Of a stretch of DNA of 64,000 bases, positions 11,299 to 20,406 are shown in pieces. Source of the stretch: an uncultured Dehalococcoidia bacterium (GTDB lineage Bacteria; Chloroflexota; Dehalococcoidia; UBA6926); NCBI GenBank assembly GCA_964653005.1, contig CAZZAN010000001.1:237898-301897 (forward strand), given 5' to 3'. The position numbers were made by a program, and so were the translations under genes. Under the pieces are notes generated by a model, which did not search any database, was not told where the DNA came from, and saw only the letters and a program-made list of their open reading frames with translations. The first letter of the stretch is position 1. Each line of letters starts with the position of its first letter.

Positions 11299-12597
11299 AT
11301 GACAGCGGCCAAGCGGCCGAGGGTGGGTGCTATAGGATTGAGTTCCTCACAGCTGGATTCCATCAGGCCACTTTGCGGAATGCTTAGGCCAGCCGACTCA
11401 TTGGGCGATTATTGCGAGCTCTACAGTTGGACAGAAACGGACATCTTGGTAGCGTGTAATTTCGATTCTTGGGAGGATGAACCTTCCCCTCTTACCATCG
11501 ATCCTGATGTCAATATACTCGCCTTTAGTGAGTTTTATATCACATGGCCGGATAAGTACTCTACGAACAATTATGCTAACAATCACTACGCATCTACTAG
11601 CAGGAACACTGAGCGTGAACTGTCGGTTGCAGACGCTTGTCCGGATGTATATGAGCCACTTGCTGTTGATTTGATCAAGGAGTTAGCAAGAACTCAAAGC
11701 CTTCCTACAGTGATCGACACTTCCAGAAAGCGTTTTACATCGCTGGTTTCAACTACTTCAAACCAGCCTGTAGCCTTGTACATCGATTTGCCACCTCGAG
11801 CGGAGGGGCCTGACAGAGAACCAGTTCGAGCGTTCGCGCTCCTGCTCCCCAACGTTTCTAATCTCGCGGCCTGGTTCCGAGCCTTCCTTGCGGAGATTCA
11901 CGAAAGGAATCCTAGCCGGGTTCCACATGCCCCGCCTCGTTTGAGCAATCCATCAGATTGGTACACGCCTGAAGAAAGGGACCTAGCAGACCAAATCTCG
12001 GAAGTCAGCACGGAAATCACAGCCTTAACGGACAATCGTGACCGGCTTGAGGAACAACTGGCCATAAAGACGACAGAGGCCGACGCGGAGATTCGGAGCG
12101 CGCTCTGGGCCGACGGAGACGAACTGACCGCATCGGTCAAGGAGATTCTCTCCGGCCTAGGCTTTGTAGTCCGGGACATGGATACCGAATTGGATGAGGG
12201 GCAGCCTAAGCGCGAAGACTTGCGCCTGACACTTCCGGACAACTCTGCCTGGGAAGCCATTGTGGAAGTGAAGGGATATTCAGGCGGCACTAAGACGAGC
12301 GATGCCCGCCAAATTAGGGAGCACCGCGACCACTACACAGAGGAGAAAGGCCAGAAGCCTCATTTGACGTTGTGGCTGGCCAACGCACATCGCAACTATG
12401 CCCCTTCTGATAGACCTGCGCCGGATGGAAACGTCAAGGTGACCGCTGAGGTAGCCGGCATCGTTCACGCGCAAGTGCACGACCTACTTCGACAATGGTT
12501 GCTTGTTCAGGCGGGCAGTCTTGACGCAGCAATTGTCGTGAAAAGTCTGGTCGATGCCGAACCCGGACTCTGGACCCCACCAAAGCCTCCCGACTAG
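11299..12597 (+). CDS. Uncharacterised protein: unknown N-terminal domain, central coiled coil, C-terminal PD-x(n)-E-x-K nuclease-like motif
   Basis: 432 aa with a GGAGGGGG RBS. Shows a coiled-coil-like stretch (ERDLADQISEVSTEITALTDNRDRLEEQLAIKTTEADAEIRS), then LRLTLPDNSAWEAIVEVKGYSGGTK (PD...EVK). The gene is AT-shifted. Confidence 0.6.
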   Translation: MTAAKRPRVGAIGLSSSQLDSIRPLCGMLRPADSLGDYCELYSWTETDILVACNFDSWEDEPSPLTIDPDVNILAFSEFYITWPDKYSTNNYANNHYASTSRNTERELSVADACPDVYEPLAVDLIKELARTQSLPTVIDTSRKRFTSLVSTTSNQPVALYIDLPPRAEGPDREPVRAFALLLPNVSNLAAWFRAFLAEIHERNPSRVPHAPPRLSNPSDWYTPEERDLADQISEVSTEITALTDNRDRLEEQLAIKTTEADAEIRSALWADGDELTASVKEILSGLGFVVRDMDTELDEGQPKREDLRLTLPDNSAWEAIVEVKGYSGGTKTSDARQIREHRDHYTEEKGQKPHLTLWLANAHRNYAPSDRPAPDGNVKVTAEVAGIVHAQVHDLLRQWLLVQAGSLDAAIVVKSLVDAEPGLWTPPKPPD

Positions 12598-12818
12598 ACA
12601 TAGCGAGCCGCCTGATAAAGTATCGTGATGGGACAGAGAAGTCGGAGGCTTTTCCCAGTAGTGACGAACATGGCACCGGTCGCGTCCGCGAAAGTCGGGG
12701 CGCGAAAGCATCTATCCCAACGAGGTCGGCTCCGACGCAGGCACGAGCGATAAACACTCACATAACGCCGCCCGTGAAAACGACTAAACCTACTCCTGCT
12801 GACGGGGGATAACATCTT

Positions 12819-14303
12819 ATGAAGAGGGCGCTGTGGATAATCCTGATCCTTATTTTGACGCTGGTTGGTCTATGCACCGCGCTGACCGTTGCCTTACCTG
12901 TCCCTGAAGAATCGAATTCGACCGCAGAGCCATCTGAACAGACTCCTCGCGTAGCTGCACAAGTCCTTCATGCAGGACGAGCGGTTAACATGGAGGACTT
13001 TGGCCCGGGCCGCAAATATCCAAGTATCCAGATTTACGGCGAGGTCTGTGATGTAAACGAGTCGAACGCGCCTGAGTACGTGGAAGTATCCTTGTATGGA
13101 ATCATAAAGAGTCGCTACTCAGATTGGTGCATCAAATCAGTGACTTTAGGTGGGGCTTCAGAACTGAGTTCGGGGCTCGAGAAGGGCGATGCATTCGAAG
13201 CAATCTGTACTGGCACGATTTCAGAAGTCTCGGTTCATTTGCTGGTCAGGGAATGCAGTGCATTACCCGAGACAGGCAGACGTGATTCACCCGCACGAGC
13301 GCCAGCCGTGCCGATTTCGTCATCAAGGCTGGCCGATGCGGATTCAACAGAATATCTAAACCCTGAGCGGGTGGTAGAAGAGGTACGGGATACCGTCGTG
13401 CATATAAAGTCTGATTTTGGTAACTGGCCCGGTGTCATTTATGCTACAGAGGGTGTATCCGCGTTCATAGTCACAAATGCTCGCGCTGTTCTACAAGATA
13501 GCCAACTGTACGACACCGTCGAAGTTATGACCTATGACGGCACGTCTTATGGTGGTGCATTAATGATCTGGGATCAGGGCACTGACATTGCCATTATCGG
13601 TATCTGCTGTGGAGAGTTCGAGCCACTTGTATTTGGTGATGCATCCACGCTCGAGATTGGAAGAGAGGTCATCGCCGTTGGTCATCAGGGTCTCACGGAC
13701 ACATCGCTGAAATCGGTGCAGGGTGCAGTTACAGCACATGCCTTGGTGAGCGATGGCACCATCAATGTAATCCGCACTGATGCAATTGTAATTCCACAAA
13801 ATGATGGTGGGCTACTAATATCCCCGTTTGGCAAATTTCTCGGCATCAATACACCGGCGCTTTTCCCTTCGGAGGGCCTAGGATTTGCCGTCACAGAGAA
13901 GGCCATAAGAGAGTTCATCGACGGGTTCAGAACGGGCAATATACGTGTCCCACCCCCATCACCTACGTCTACAGCAACTCCCTTGATTGATGTCTGGGAC
14001 CTTTATGGCGAACATAGCGCCAATGCGATGAGGTTCGAGCGAGATCGAGCAGGAAAACGTGCCCAAATATATGGCCTCGTCTGCAGAATCGACGATAGTG
14101 CTCTTTATTTGTACGCGGATTCAGACAGCCTTCTTGTCGAATCTTGCGCTCATAGGGCGGTTGTCGTAGTTGGTTTAGCCGAAAACTTGTTACTGGAGTT
14201 ATCAGCCGGGGATACGTTTGTGGCGACTTGCCACGTGGCTGGATTTATAGATCAATCTGGTCTGCTTACAGACCATATGTATGTGGCGGGCTGCACCTCC
14301 TAG
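12819..14303 (+). CDS. Membrane-anchored trypsin-fold (HtrA/S1-like) protein whose catalytic His and Ser appear substituted (probable pseudo-protease), flanked by two homologous small domains
   Basis: 494 aa with an N-terminal TM (MKRALWIILILILTLVGLCTALTVAL). S1 motifs are present but altered: TNARAV where TN(A/N)HVV is expected, DIAIIGI, GREVIAVGHQG, IRTDAIVIPQNDGGLL where GNSGGPL is expected, GKFLGINT, GLGFAV. An N-terminal segment (QIYGEVCDVNES...GDAFEAICTG...HLLVRECS) and a C-terminal segment (QIYGLVCRIDDS...GDTFVATCHV...HMYVAGCTS) are visibly related to each other. Confidence 0.6.
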   Translation: MKRALWIILILILTLVGLCTALTVALPVPEESNSTAEPSEQTPRVAAQVLHAGRAVNMEDFGPGRKYPSIQIYGEVCDVNESNAPEYVEVSLYGIIKSRYSDWCIKSVTLGGASELSSGLEKGDAFEAICTGTISEVSVHLLVRECSALPETGRRDSPARAPAVPISSSRLADADSTEYLNPERVVEEVRDTVVHIKSDFGNWPGVIYATEGVSAFIVTNARAVLQDSQLYDTVEVMTYDGTSYGGALMIWDQGTDIAIIGICCGEFEPLVFGDASTLEIGREVIAVGHQGLTDTSLKSVQGAVTAHALVSDGTINVIRTDAIVIPQNDGGLLISPFGKFLGINTPALFPSEGLGFAVTEKAIREFIDGFRTGNIRVPPPSPTSTATPLIDVWDLYGEHSANAMRFERDRAGKRAQIYGLVCRIDDSALYLYADSDSLLVESCAHRAVVVVGLAENLLLELSAGDTFVATCHVAGFIDQSGLLTDHMYVAGCTS

Positions 14304-14353
14304 ACGATACTTTCAGCCTGGACGATGTATGGCGCTGAGATTCTAGGGCTGTG

Positions 14354-14430
14354 ATGCCGGAGTACGCCACCATGCTTGATGCGACGGTTCTGCCCATCAG
14401 GCAGCCGTTCCTGGGGCGCGGTTAACCCGG
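14354..14430 (+). repeat. Direct repeat, right copy (orphan SDR 3' end)
   Basis: It encodes the same 23-aa peptide plus stop as 11141-11217, with synonymous-only differences. It is not attached to any upstream reading frame. Confidence 0.85.
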
Positions 14431-14432
14431 GG

Positions 14433-15455
14433 TCACGCCGTCATTCTGAGGCTTGGGACGGCGTCAAGTCCTCCGTCATCGGGCTGAGCGCCGTGTTCAA
14501 TGACGAACGCGGCGCGGGCGGCGATCATGACACCGTTGTCCGTGCAGAGTCCGGGGCGAGGCCGCCATACGGGCATGTCCGCCTTGCGCAGGACCTCCTC
14601 GCCGAGGGCGCTGTTTGCCGCGACGCCGCCGGACAACATGACCGACTTCGCTTTCGTAGCACGCGCGACCTCCAACAGGCGGTCCGCCAGGCCCGTGACA
14701 GCGGTCTGCTGAAAGCCTGCGGCGATATTGGCGACGTCTTCCTGGGTCAGCGCGTCCGTCCCGCCTCGTTCGTTCACCACGCGGAGCACTGCCGTCTTGA
14801 GGCCGCTGAAACTGAAATCCCATGAGTCCCTGATCAGCGGGCTGGGAAAGCGGACAGGGTCGGTCGCCTCACGAGCGACGCGTTCGATGATCGGGCCACC
14901 CGGGTAGCCGAGGCCAAGCAGCCGCGCCACCTTGTCGAACGCCTCACCCGCGGCATCGTCTCTCGTCTCGCTCAGCAGCCGGTAGTTCCCGTGCTCCTCC
15001 ACCCGCACGATGTCCGTATGGCCGCCGGAGACGATGAGCGCCACGGATGGCAGCAGCGGGTCGCCCCGCTCCTCACTGTCCCACTGCCCGTCCACGATCC
15101 AGTTCGCATAGACGTGTCCCTCAAGATGGTGAACACCGTACAGCGGCAGGTCCCACGCCATCGCGAGCGCCTTGGCGAAATTGACACCCACCAATAGGGA
15201 GCCTGCCAGTCCCGGGCCGTACGTCACGGCGATGGCGTCGAGATTGAGGTCTCCGTCATGTCGCTCCATGACGTCACGCAGGAGCGTGGGAAACGTCAGC
15301 AGGTGTTGGCGTGACGCGATCTCCGGAACCACACCGCCGAATCGCGCATGGATATCCGCCTGCGATGACAGGCCATGGACGATGACCCGACGCCCGTCCT
15401 CAACGATGGCGATGCCCGTCTCATCGCAAGATGATTCGATACCAAGAATTCTCAT
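14433..15455 (-). CDS. tsaD: tRNA N6-adenosine threonylcarbamoyltransferase TsaD (Kae1/Gcp)
   Basis: 340 aa. MRILGIESSCDETGIAIV...HHLEGH... Confidence 0.9.
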   Translation of the reverse strand: MRILGIESSCDETGIAIVEDGRRVIVHGLSSQADIHARFGGVVPEIASRQHLLTFPTLLRDVMERHDGDLNLDAIAVTYGPGLAGSLLVGVNFAKALAMAWDLPLYGVHHLEGHVYANWIVDGQWDSEERGDPLLPSVALIVSGGHTDIVRVEEHGNYRLLSETRDDAAGEAFDKVARLLGLGYPGGPIIERVAREATDPVRFPSPLIRDSWDFSFSGLKTAVLRVVNERGGTDALTQEDVANIAAGFQQTAVTGLADRLLEVARATKAKSVMLSGGVAANSALGEEVLRKADMPVWRPRPGLCTDNGVMIAARAAFVIEHGAQPDDGGLDAVPSLRMTA

Positions 15456-15495
15456 TGTGGCGCGGCTGTGAGCGTTCGGAGTGAGCCCATGTGGC

Positions 15496-16137
15496 TCAGG
15501 CCGCAGTGAGTTGCAGCATCAACATGGCGAATTCACTCTCCTGCGCCGCCATGCGGTAGAGCGAACGCATTGCAGGATCAATGCCGGACTTGATAATTGT
15601 CGGTATGTGGTCTTCTTCAATGACTTCCGGCATCTGCGACCAGCCAATCACGATGGTATCGCCGTCACCAATCTGCTCGTTTGCCACATAGATGGGCACT
15701 TCACCATCTTCTCCGAGCGCGCCGCCCGGGTCACCCGGCGTCACATAGCCCGGATAATAGATCTGCTCACCGGTAACAACCCAGGAGACTGCCGGTCCGG
15801 CCCAGGCAAGGTAGACCTCATTCCCGGTGAGCGCGGCCAATACTGCGCTTGCGCGCCAACCGCGTACCGAGTATTCGCTGAGGGTTGATTGCGCAGACTC
15901 GATCGCGTTCTGCAGGTAGCGTGTCGTCGTCAGTCGTCGCTGCGCATTAAGGCCTCCCTCAAGCGCCTCCCACACGATGTCCGAGACTGTTGTCGCGGGC
16001 CCTGAGACAACCTCAACCAGCCCGAAAACGGCCTCGATATCATCTAGTCGCCTGTCATCCCACACACGGATATAGGGCGCCATCGGCTGCGCCTCGCCGC
16101 CCGAAATGCTGAAACTTGCCGTCGTGTATGTTGCCAT
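15496..16137 (-). CDS. Hypothetical protein, possibly a PP2C/SpoIIE-like fold; immediately upstream of tsaD
   Basis: 213 aa ORF lying 40 nt upstream of tsaD on the same strand. Only weak PPM-like patterns are visible (AGPAVSWVV, GDGDTIVIGW). Confidence 0.45.
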   Translation of the reverse strand: MATYTTASFSISGGEAQPMAPYIRVWDDRRLDDIEAVFGLVEVVSGPATTVSDIVWEALEGGLNAQRRLTTTRYLQNAIESAQSTLSEYSVRGWRASAVLAALTGNEVYLAWAGPAVSWVVTGEQIYYPGYVTPGDPGGALGEDGEVPIYVANEQIGDGDTIVIGWSQMPEVIEEDHIPTIIKSGIDPAMRSLYRMAAQESEFAMLMLQLTAA

Positions 16138-16288
16138 CCGAAAAATCCCCGCGCTTTCAAAATAGCTTCCCGTTAATGATACCAGTGGGCGCTACTCCCC
16201 CCGCCTGCGCGAACGATTGCCGCGCGAGATGTAGAATAGTCACCTATAACGACGGCAATCTCCCATCAGGGAGGAGGGACGCGCGCGC

Positions 16289-17551
16289 ATGCAGGAGGTC
16301 GAGACCATTAGCCTGGCGCTATTGGGGCTCTCCTTTCTCTTTTCGGCAATCTTCTCAGGCACGGAGGCGGCTTTCCTTGCGTCTCAACCGCATCGCCTGA
16401 GGCACCGCGCCGAGAACGGTTCGCGAGGGGCGCGCATCGCGGAGGGGATGAAGGAAAGGCCGGAGCGATTCCTTTCAACGCTCCTGGTCGGCAACAACCT
16501 CACCAACACGGCCGCCGCGGCCATCGCAACCAGCATCGCCCTGACACTGCTTGAGAACTCGGAGCAGGGGCTCGTTGCCGCGACGGTCATTACAACGATT
16601 GCCCTGCTCATCTTCGCGGAAATCACGCCAAAGACGGTGGGCGCGCGTCATGCGGAGCGCGTCATGATTTTCCTTGCGCCGCCTTTCCGTGTTTTCTCAT
16701 TCGTTTTCGCACCCGTAACGATTGCCTTCACGACATTCGCGGGCTTCGTTGCATGGCTGACGGGCGGTACGCGCCGCGCAATGGTGGACGCGCAGGAGTT
16801 CCGCGCAATGATCAGGACCGGCGTGGAACAGGGAACCGTGGAGGAGCGGGAGGCGGAGCTTGTCCACAAGGTGTTCCAGTTCGGCGACCGTATGGTCCGG
16901 GAAATCATGACGCCGCGCACGGAGATCATCTGGGTGCGCAACGGAACAACGCTCTCGGAGTTTCTTGAAATCTACGCCCGTCATTCCCACTCACACTTCC
17001 CTGTTCTGGGGGATGAGCCGGATACCGTGGCGGGCATCCTCGCCATCAAGAGCGTCCTCCACAAGCACGCCCTCGGTGAACTCACGATGAACAGCTCCAT
17101 CACCACGGACCTGCGTGAGACACACTTCGTTCCGGAGACCAAGATGATCGACGACCTCATGGATGAGATGAGGGCGCAGCGGTCGCGCATGGTGATGGTC
17201 GTCGACGAGTTTGGCGACATCTCCGGTCTTGTGACGCTTAGCCGCGCCATCGAACTCATCGTCGGACGTGTCGATGATCCCGGCGACCCGCAAGCGTTCC
17301 AGGCGGTGGATGAGCGCACCGTGCGCGTGGACGGCATCATGCACATCGACGAACTGGCCGAGCAGTTGAACATCCACCTGCCGGACGGCGACGGCGAGTA
17401 TGAGACCATCGCCGGGTTCGTGCTCAAGCAGCTTGGACGGATTCCCGAGGAGGGAGAGGCCCTCGTGCACGGCCCTTACGAGATCACGGTGGCGCAGATC
17501 CACGGCGCGCGCATCGACGAGGTCACGGTACGCACGGAGGACACGGGGTGA
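16289..17551 (+). CDS. CNNM/CorC-HlyC family membrane protein (DUF21-CBS pair-CorC_HlyC)
   Basis: 420 aa. N-terminal TM domain, then CBS pair (VREIMTPRTEI...), then the C-terminal transporter-associated domain. Confidence 0.85.
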   Translation: MQEVETISLALLGLSFLFSAIFSGTEAAFLASQPHRLRHRAENGSRGARIAEGMKERPERFLSTLLVGNNLTNTAAAAIATSIALTLLENSEQGLVAATVITTIALLIFAEITPKTVGARHAERVMIFLAPPFRVFSFVFAPVTIAFTTFAGFVAWLTGGTRRAMVDAQEFRAMIRTGVEQGTVEEREAELVHKVFQFGDRMVREIMTPRTEIIWVRNGTTLSEFLEIYARHSHSHFPVLGDEPDTVAGILAIKSVLHKHALGELTMNSSITTDLRETHFVPETKMIDDLMDEMRAQRSRMVMVVDEFGDISGLVTLSRAIELIVGRVDDPGDPQAFQAVDERTVRVDGIMHIDELAEQLNIHLPDGDGEYETIAGFVLKQLGRIPEEGEALVHGPYEITVAQIHGARIDEVTVRTEDTG

Positions 17552-17582
17552 CGGAAGTAATGAAATTTCTTGGAGGGATTGG

Positions 17583-18641
17583 GTGGAAGACATCAAGCTA
17601 TGGGAACTAGCCGTAACTGAGGCCAAGCCTTTGGGTTCGAATAAGAAGTGGGAGTCCGAGAAGTCATTTGAAGATACTCTCGTCGAGAACCCGGAACTGC
17701 TGCTCGACGGCCTGACACTGGTGGGGCGGCAGACTCCAACCGAAGGCGGACGAGCGCTTGATCTGCTAGGTGTAGATTCGTACGGCAAGCTGGTCGTGTT
17801 CGAGTTGAAGCGCGATACGCTGTCGCGTGAGGCCGTCGCGCAAATCATCGATTACGCATCCTTTCTCGACAATCTGGATCTCAATGCCCTGGCCGAGCAC
17901 ATTTCGGAAAAGTCAGGCGCTCACGGAATTGCTAAAATCGATAACTTTCAAGAGTGGTACAGCAGCGAGGGTTTTGGCGAATTGGAGTCGTTGAAGCCGT
18001 TGCGGATGTTCCTGGTCGGTCTCGGAGCAGATGACCGCACGGAGCGCATGGTAAGGTTCCTCGCCCAGAACAGCGGGATGGATATCTCGATGCTGACCTT
18101 TCACGCGTTCGACTACGACGGCAAGACTATCCTTGCCAAGCAAGTGGAGGTGGAAGCAGACGCCGAACCCGAGCGGCGCTCCACAAGGCGACGTCCGTCT
18201 CAGGAGGAGTTCAACCAGCGTTTCGATGAGAAAAGGGCAGACTTTGGAGTCGGTAATCTCATCGATGACGTTCGCCGCATGTTCAGAGAGAATTGGCCAT
18301 CATCGACAGAACGCGCAGACACCTGGGGCATCAATTTCCAACTTCAGCCAAATCGTAGGCGCTATGCACGCTATGCGCGCATTGATCCCTGGCGAAAGGA
18401 AACAATAAGCATCGTATTCTTTGACCGCGCCAAGACATTGTGCCCGGATGAGTTCAGAGGACCCTTAGAGAAGATTAGCTATGTAACGTATCCGCGAAAT
18501 CGCGACCCGCTGGGAGACCCTAAGGCAGAGATTCAGTTCCACCTGACCCCGCAGGAGTGGGAAACCCACAAAGAGAGCTTGACCGCTCTCGCGCAAGCCG
18601 TCTACGCAGCATGGCAGAATAATGGGGCGGAATCGGACTAA
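17583..18641 (+). CDS. NucS/DUF91-like PD-(D/E)xK nuclease-domain protein
   Basis: About 352 aa from GTG 17583, with a GGAGGG RBS 5 nt upstream. LVGRQTPTEGGRALDLLGVDSYGKLVVFELKR matches the NucS-C/DUF91 core (GR..DLL..D..G.LVV.ELKR). GC is moderately below the neighbours. The track's start at 17400 overlaps corC. Confidence 0.6.
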   Translation: MEDIKLWELAVTEAKPLGSNKKWESEKSFEDTLVENPELLLDGLTLVGRQTPTEGGRALDLLGVDSYGKLVVFELKRDTLSREAVAQIIDYASFLDNLDLNALAEHISEKSGAHGIAKIDNFQEWYSSEGFGELESLKPLRMFLVGLGADDRTERMVRFLAQNSGMDISMLTFHAFDYDGKTILAKQVEVEADAEPERRSTRRRPSQEEFNQRFDEKRADFGVGNLIDDVRRMFRENWPSSTERADTWGINFQLQPNRRRYARYARIDPWRKETISIVFFDRAKTLCPDEFRGPLEKISYVTYPRNRDPLGDPKAEIQFHLTPQEWETHKESLTALAQAVYAAWQNNGAESD

Positions 18642-19283
18642 ATGAACCTCTACCTGGTGCGGCACGGAGAGACGGAGTGGAATCGCGAGGGGCGCGCGCA
18701 GGGACGCGCCGACGTTCCGCTCAACGAGGCGGGTATCGCCCAGTCACAGGCGCTGGCGGCCACCTTTGCCTCTCTGAACGTAGCTGCGGTTATGTCGAGC
18801 TCTTCGCGGCGGGCAGTCCGCACCGCGGAGGCCATCGCCGCGCCACACGATCTCGACGTGACTCCCGAAGATAATCTACTGGAACTCAACTTCGGCGGGC
18901 TGGACGGCGCACCCTTGCGGGACATGCGGGAGATGTTCCCGGACTTCTTCGAGCACTGGACGCGCGATCCCGCCACCGCGCAGTTCCCGGACGGCGGCGA
19001 AACTCTCCAACAGCTTCAGGATCGGACGTGGGCCGCGGTGGAGTCCATCGGTCGGTCACATGACGCGCAGGACAACGTGATTATCGTGTCGCACGCCTTC
19101 GCGCTGTATTCCATCATGTGCCGGGCACTGGGGATGCCGCTGTCCAACTACGGGCGGCTGCGCATCACGCCGGGCACGTACAGCCTCCTCGTTTCGCGCG
19201 CGCCGAACGTTATCGGGCCTGCGGATGAGCTTCAATGGGCGCTGACGAGTCTGAACGTCACCCCTGCGCCGTCCACGGACTGA
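18642..19283 (+). CDS. Histidine phosphatase family protein (phosphoglycerate mutase-like)
   Basis: 213 aa. LVRHGETEWN...RAVRTAE motif. Confidence 0.8.
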   Translation: MNLYLVRHGETEWNREGRAQGRADVPLNEAGIAQSQALAATFASLNVAAVMSSSSRRAVRTAEAIAAPHDLDVTPEDNLLELNFGGLDGAPLRDMREMFPDFFEHWTRDPATAQFPDGGETLQQLQDRTWAAVESIGRSHDAQDNVIIVSHAFALYSIMCRALGMPLSNYGRLRITPGTYSLLVSRAPNVIGPADELQWALTSLNVTPAPSTD

Positions 19284-19290
19284 TCTCGTC

Positions 19291-20406
19291 ATGACGCCGA
19301 TCAACCGGCCGGCAGGGTCGGAACTCGTTGGCAGTGTCCACAACGCGCTGGTGTCCGGCGGTTTCCTGGGACGAGGCGCGCGTCTCCTCGTGGGTGTGTC
19401 CGGCGGGCCGGACTCAACTGCGTTACTGGCGGGCCTCGTCGAATTGCGGGACGACTGCCGGCTTGAGCTACATGTCGTCCACGTGGATCACGGCTTGCGC
19501 CCTGAGTCGCGGGGTGACGCGGAGTACGTGAGGCGTCTATGTGCCCGGTGGAATGTGCCCCTTAACGTGACGCGGGCGAATGTTAAAGAGCTTCGCCGGA
19601 CGGAGAAGCTGTCCGTTGAGGAGGCGGCACGCAAGGCACGCCATCACGCGCTGCTGGAAGAAGCCGCCGCATACAAGGCTGACGCCATCGCGCTTGGGCA
19701 CACGGCGGATGACCAGATCGAAACCGTGTTGCTGAGCCTGTTGCGCGGGGCGGGTCTGCGAGGCTTGGCGGGTATGACAGAGCAGTCGGAATCGCCGTTT
19801 ACGCTGCCCACCGGAGAGCGCGTGCCGATTCTCCGCCCCCTGCTTGCTGTAACGCGGGCAGACGTCATCGGCTATCTGAAAGACCGACGGCTGCGGCCCC
19901 GGCAGGACGCATCCAACGCGGATCCGGAGCATCTCCGGAATCGGGTGCGGCACGAGCTGCTGCCGCTGATGGAGCGCATCCGTGGGGGCGCGTCAGACGC
20001 CGTTGGGCGGGCATCAGAGGATGCGCGGCTGGCACTGGAGTACGTGGAGTCACAGGCGGACGGACTCTGGGGGGAGGCGTGCGAGATTGCGGCAGACCGG
20101 CAGTCGGTTCGCATCAACCGCGGAGCGATGCGCGGCGCGCACGCGGCGCTGCGGCACATTGTCGTTGAGCGGGCGATTATTGCGCTGCTGCGTTCGACAG
20201 AGGGGTTCAGCCGCAGAAACTACCGTGACATGGACGCGATGATCACAACGGGCCGCACCCGCTCGGAGATCGATCTGCCGAAAGGGCTGCGCCTTGCCTG
20301 CGGGGACAAACACAAGGCGGTATTGTCCATCGGCGCGCGTGTCAGGCGGCCGCATCAGGGTGTCATTGGAGAAGACTCGACGGTAAAGGGTACTATTGAG
20401 GCATGA
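19291..20406 (+). CDS. tilS: tRNA(Ile)-lysidine synthetase
   Basis: 371 aa. PP-loop LLVGVSGGPDSTAL. Confidence 0.85.
   Translation: MTPINRPAGSELVGSVHNALVSGGFLGRGARLLVGVSGGPDSTALLAGLVELRDDCRLELHVVHVDHGLRPESRGDAEYVRRLCARWNVPLNVTRANVKELRRTEKLSVEEAARKARHHALLEEAAAYKADAIALGHTADDQIETVLLSLLRGAGLRGLAGMTEQSESPFTLPTGERVPILRPLLAVTRADVIGYLKDRRLRPRQDASNADPEHLRNRVRHELLPLMERIRGGASDAVGRASEDARLALEYVESQADGLWGEACEIAADRQSVRINRGAMRGAHAALRHIVVERAIIALLRSTEGFSRRNYRDMDAMITTGRTRSEIDLPKGLRLACGDKHKAVLSIGARVRRPHQGVIGEDSTVKGTIEA

Larger units (their letters stand above)
11218..14353 (+). mobile_element. Putative horizontally acquired insertion (genomic islet) carrying a two-gene cassette; no integrase or transposase present
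   Basis: About 3.1 kb bounded by 77-bp direct repeats of the SDR gene 3' end. The two internal genes have visibly lower GC (about 50%) than the flanking DNA (about 65%). Confidence 0.55.

Noticed and set aside
17400-17582. Track start of the NucS-like gene at 17400, overlapping corC by 150 nt
   Set aside because: There is no start codon with an RBS in that stretch. GTG 17583 follows GGAGGG by 5 nt.
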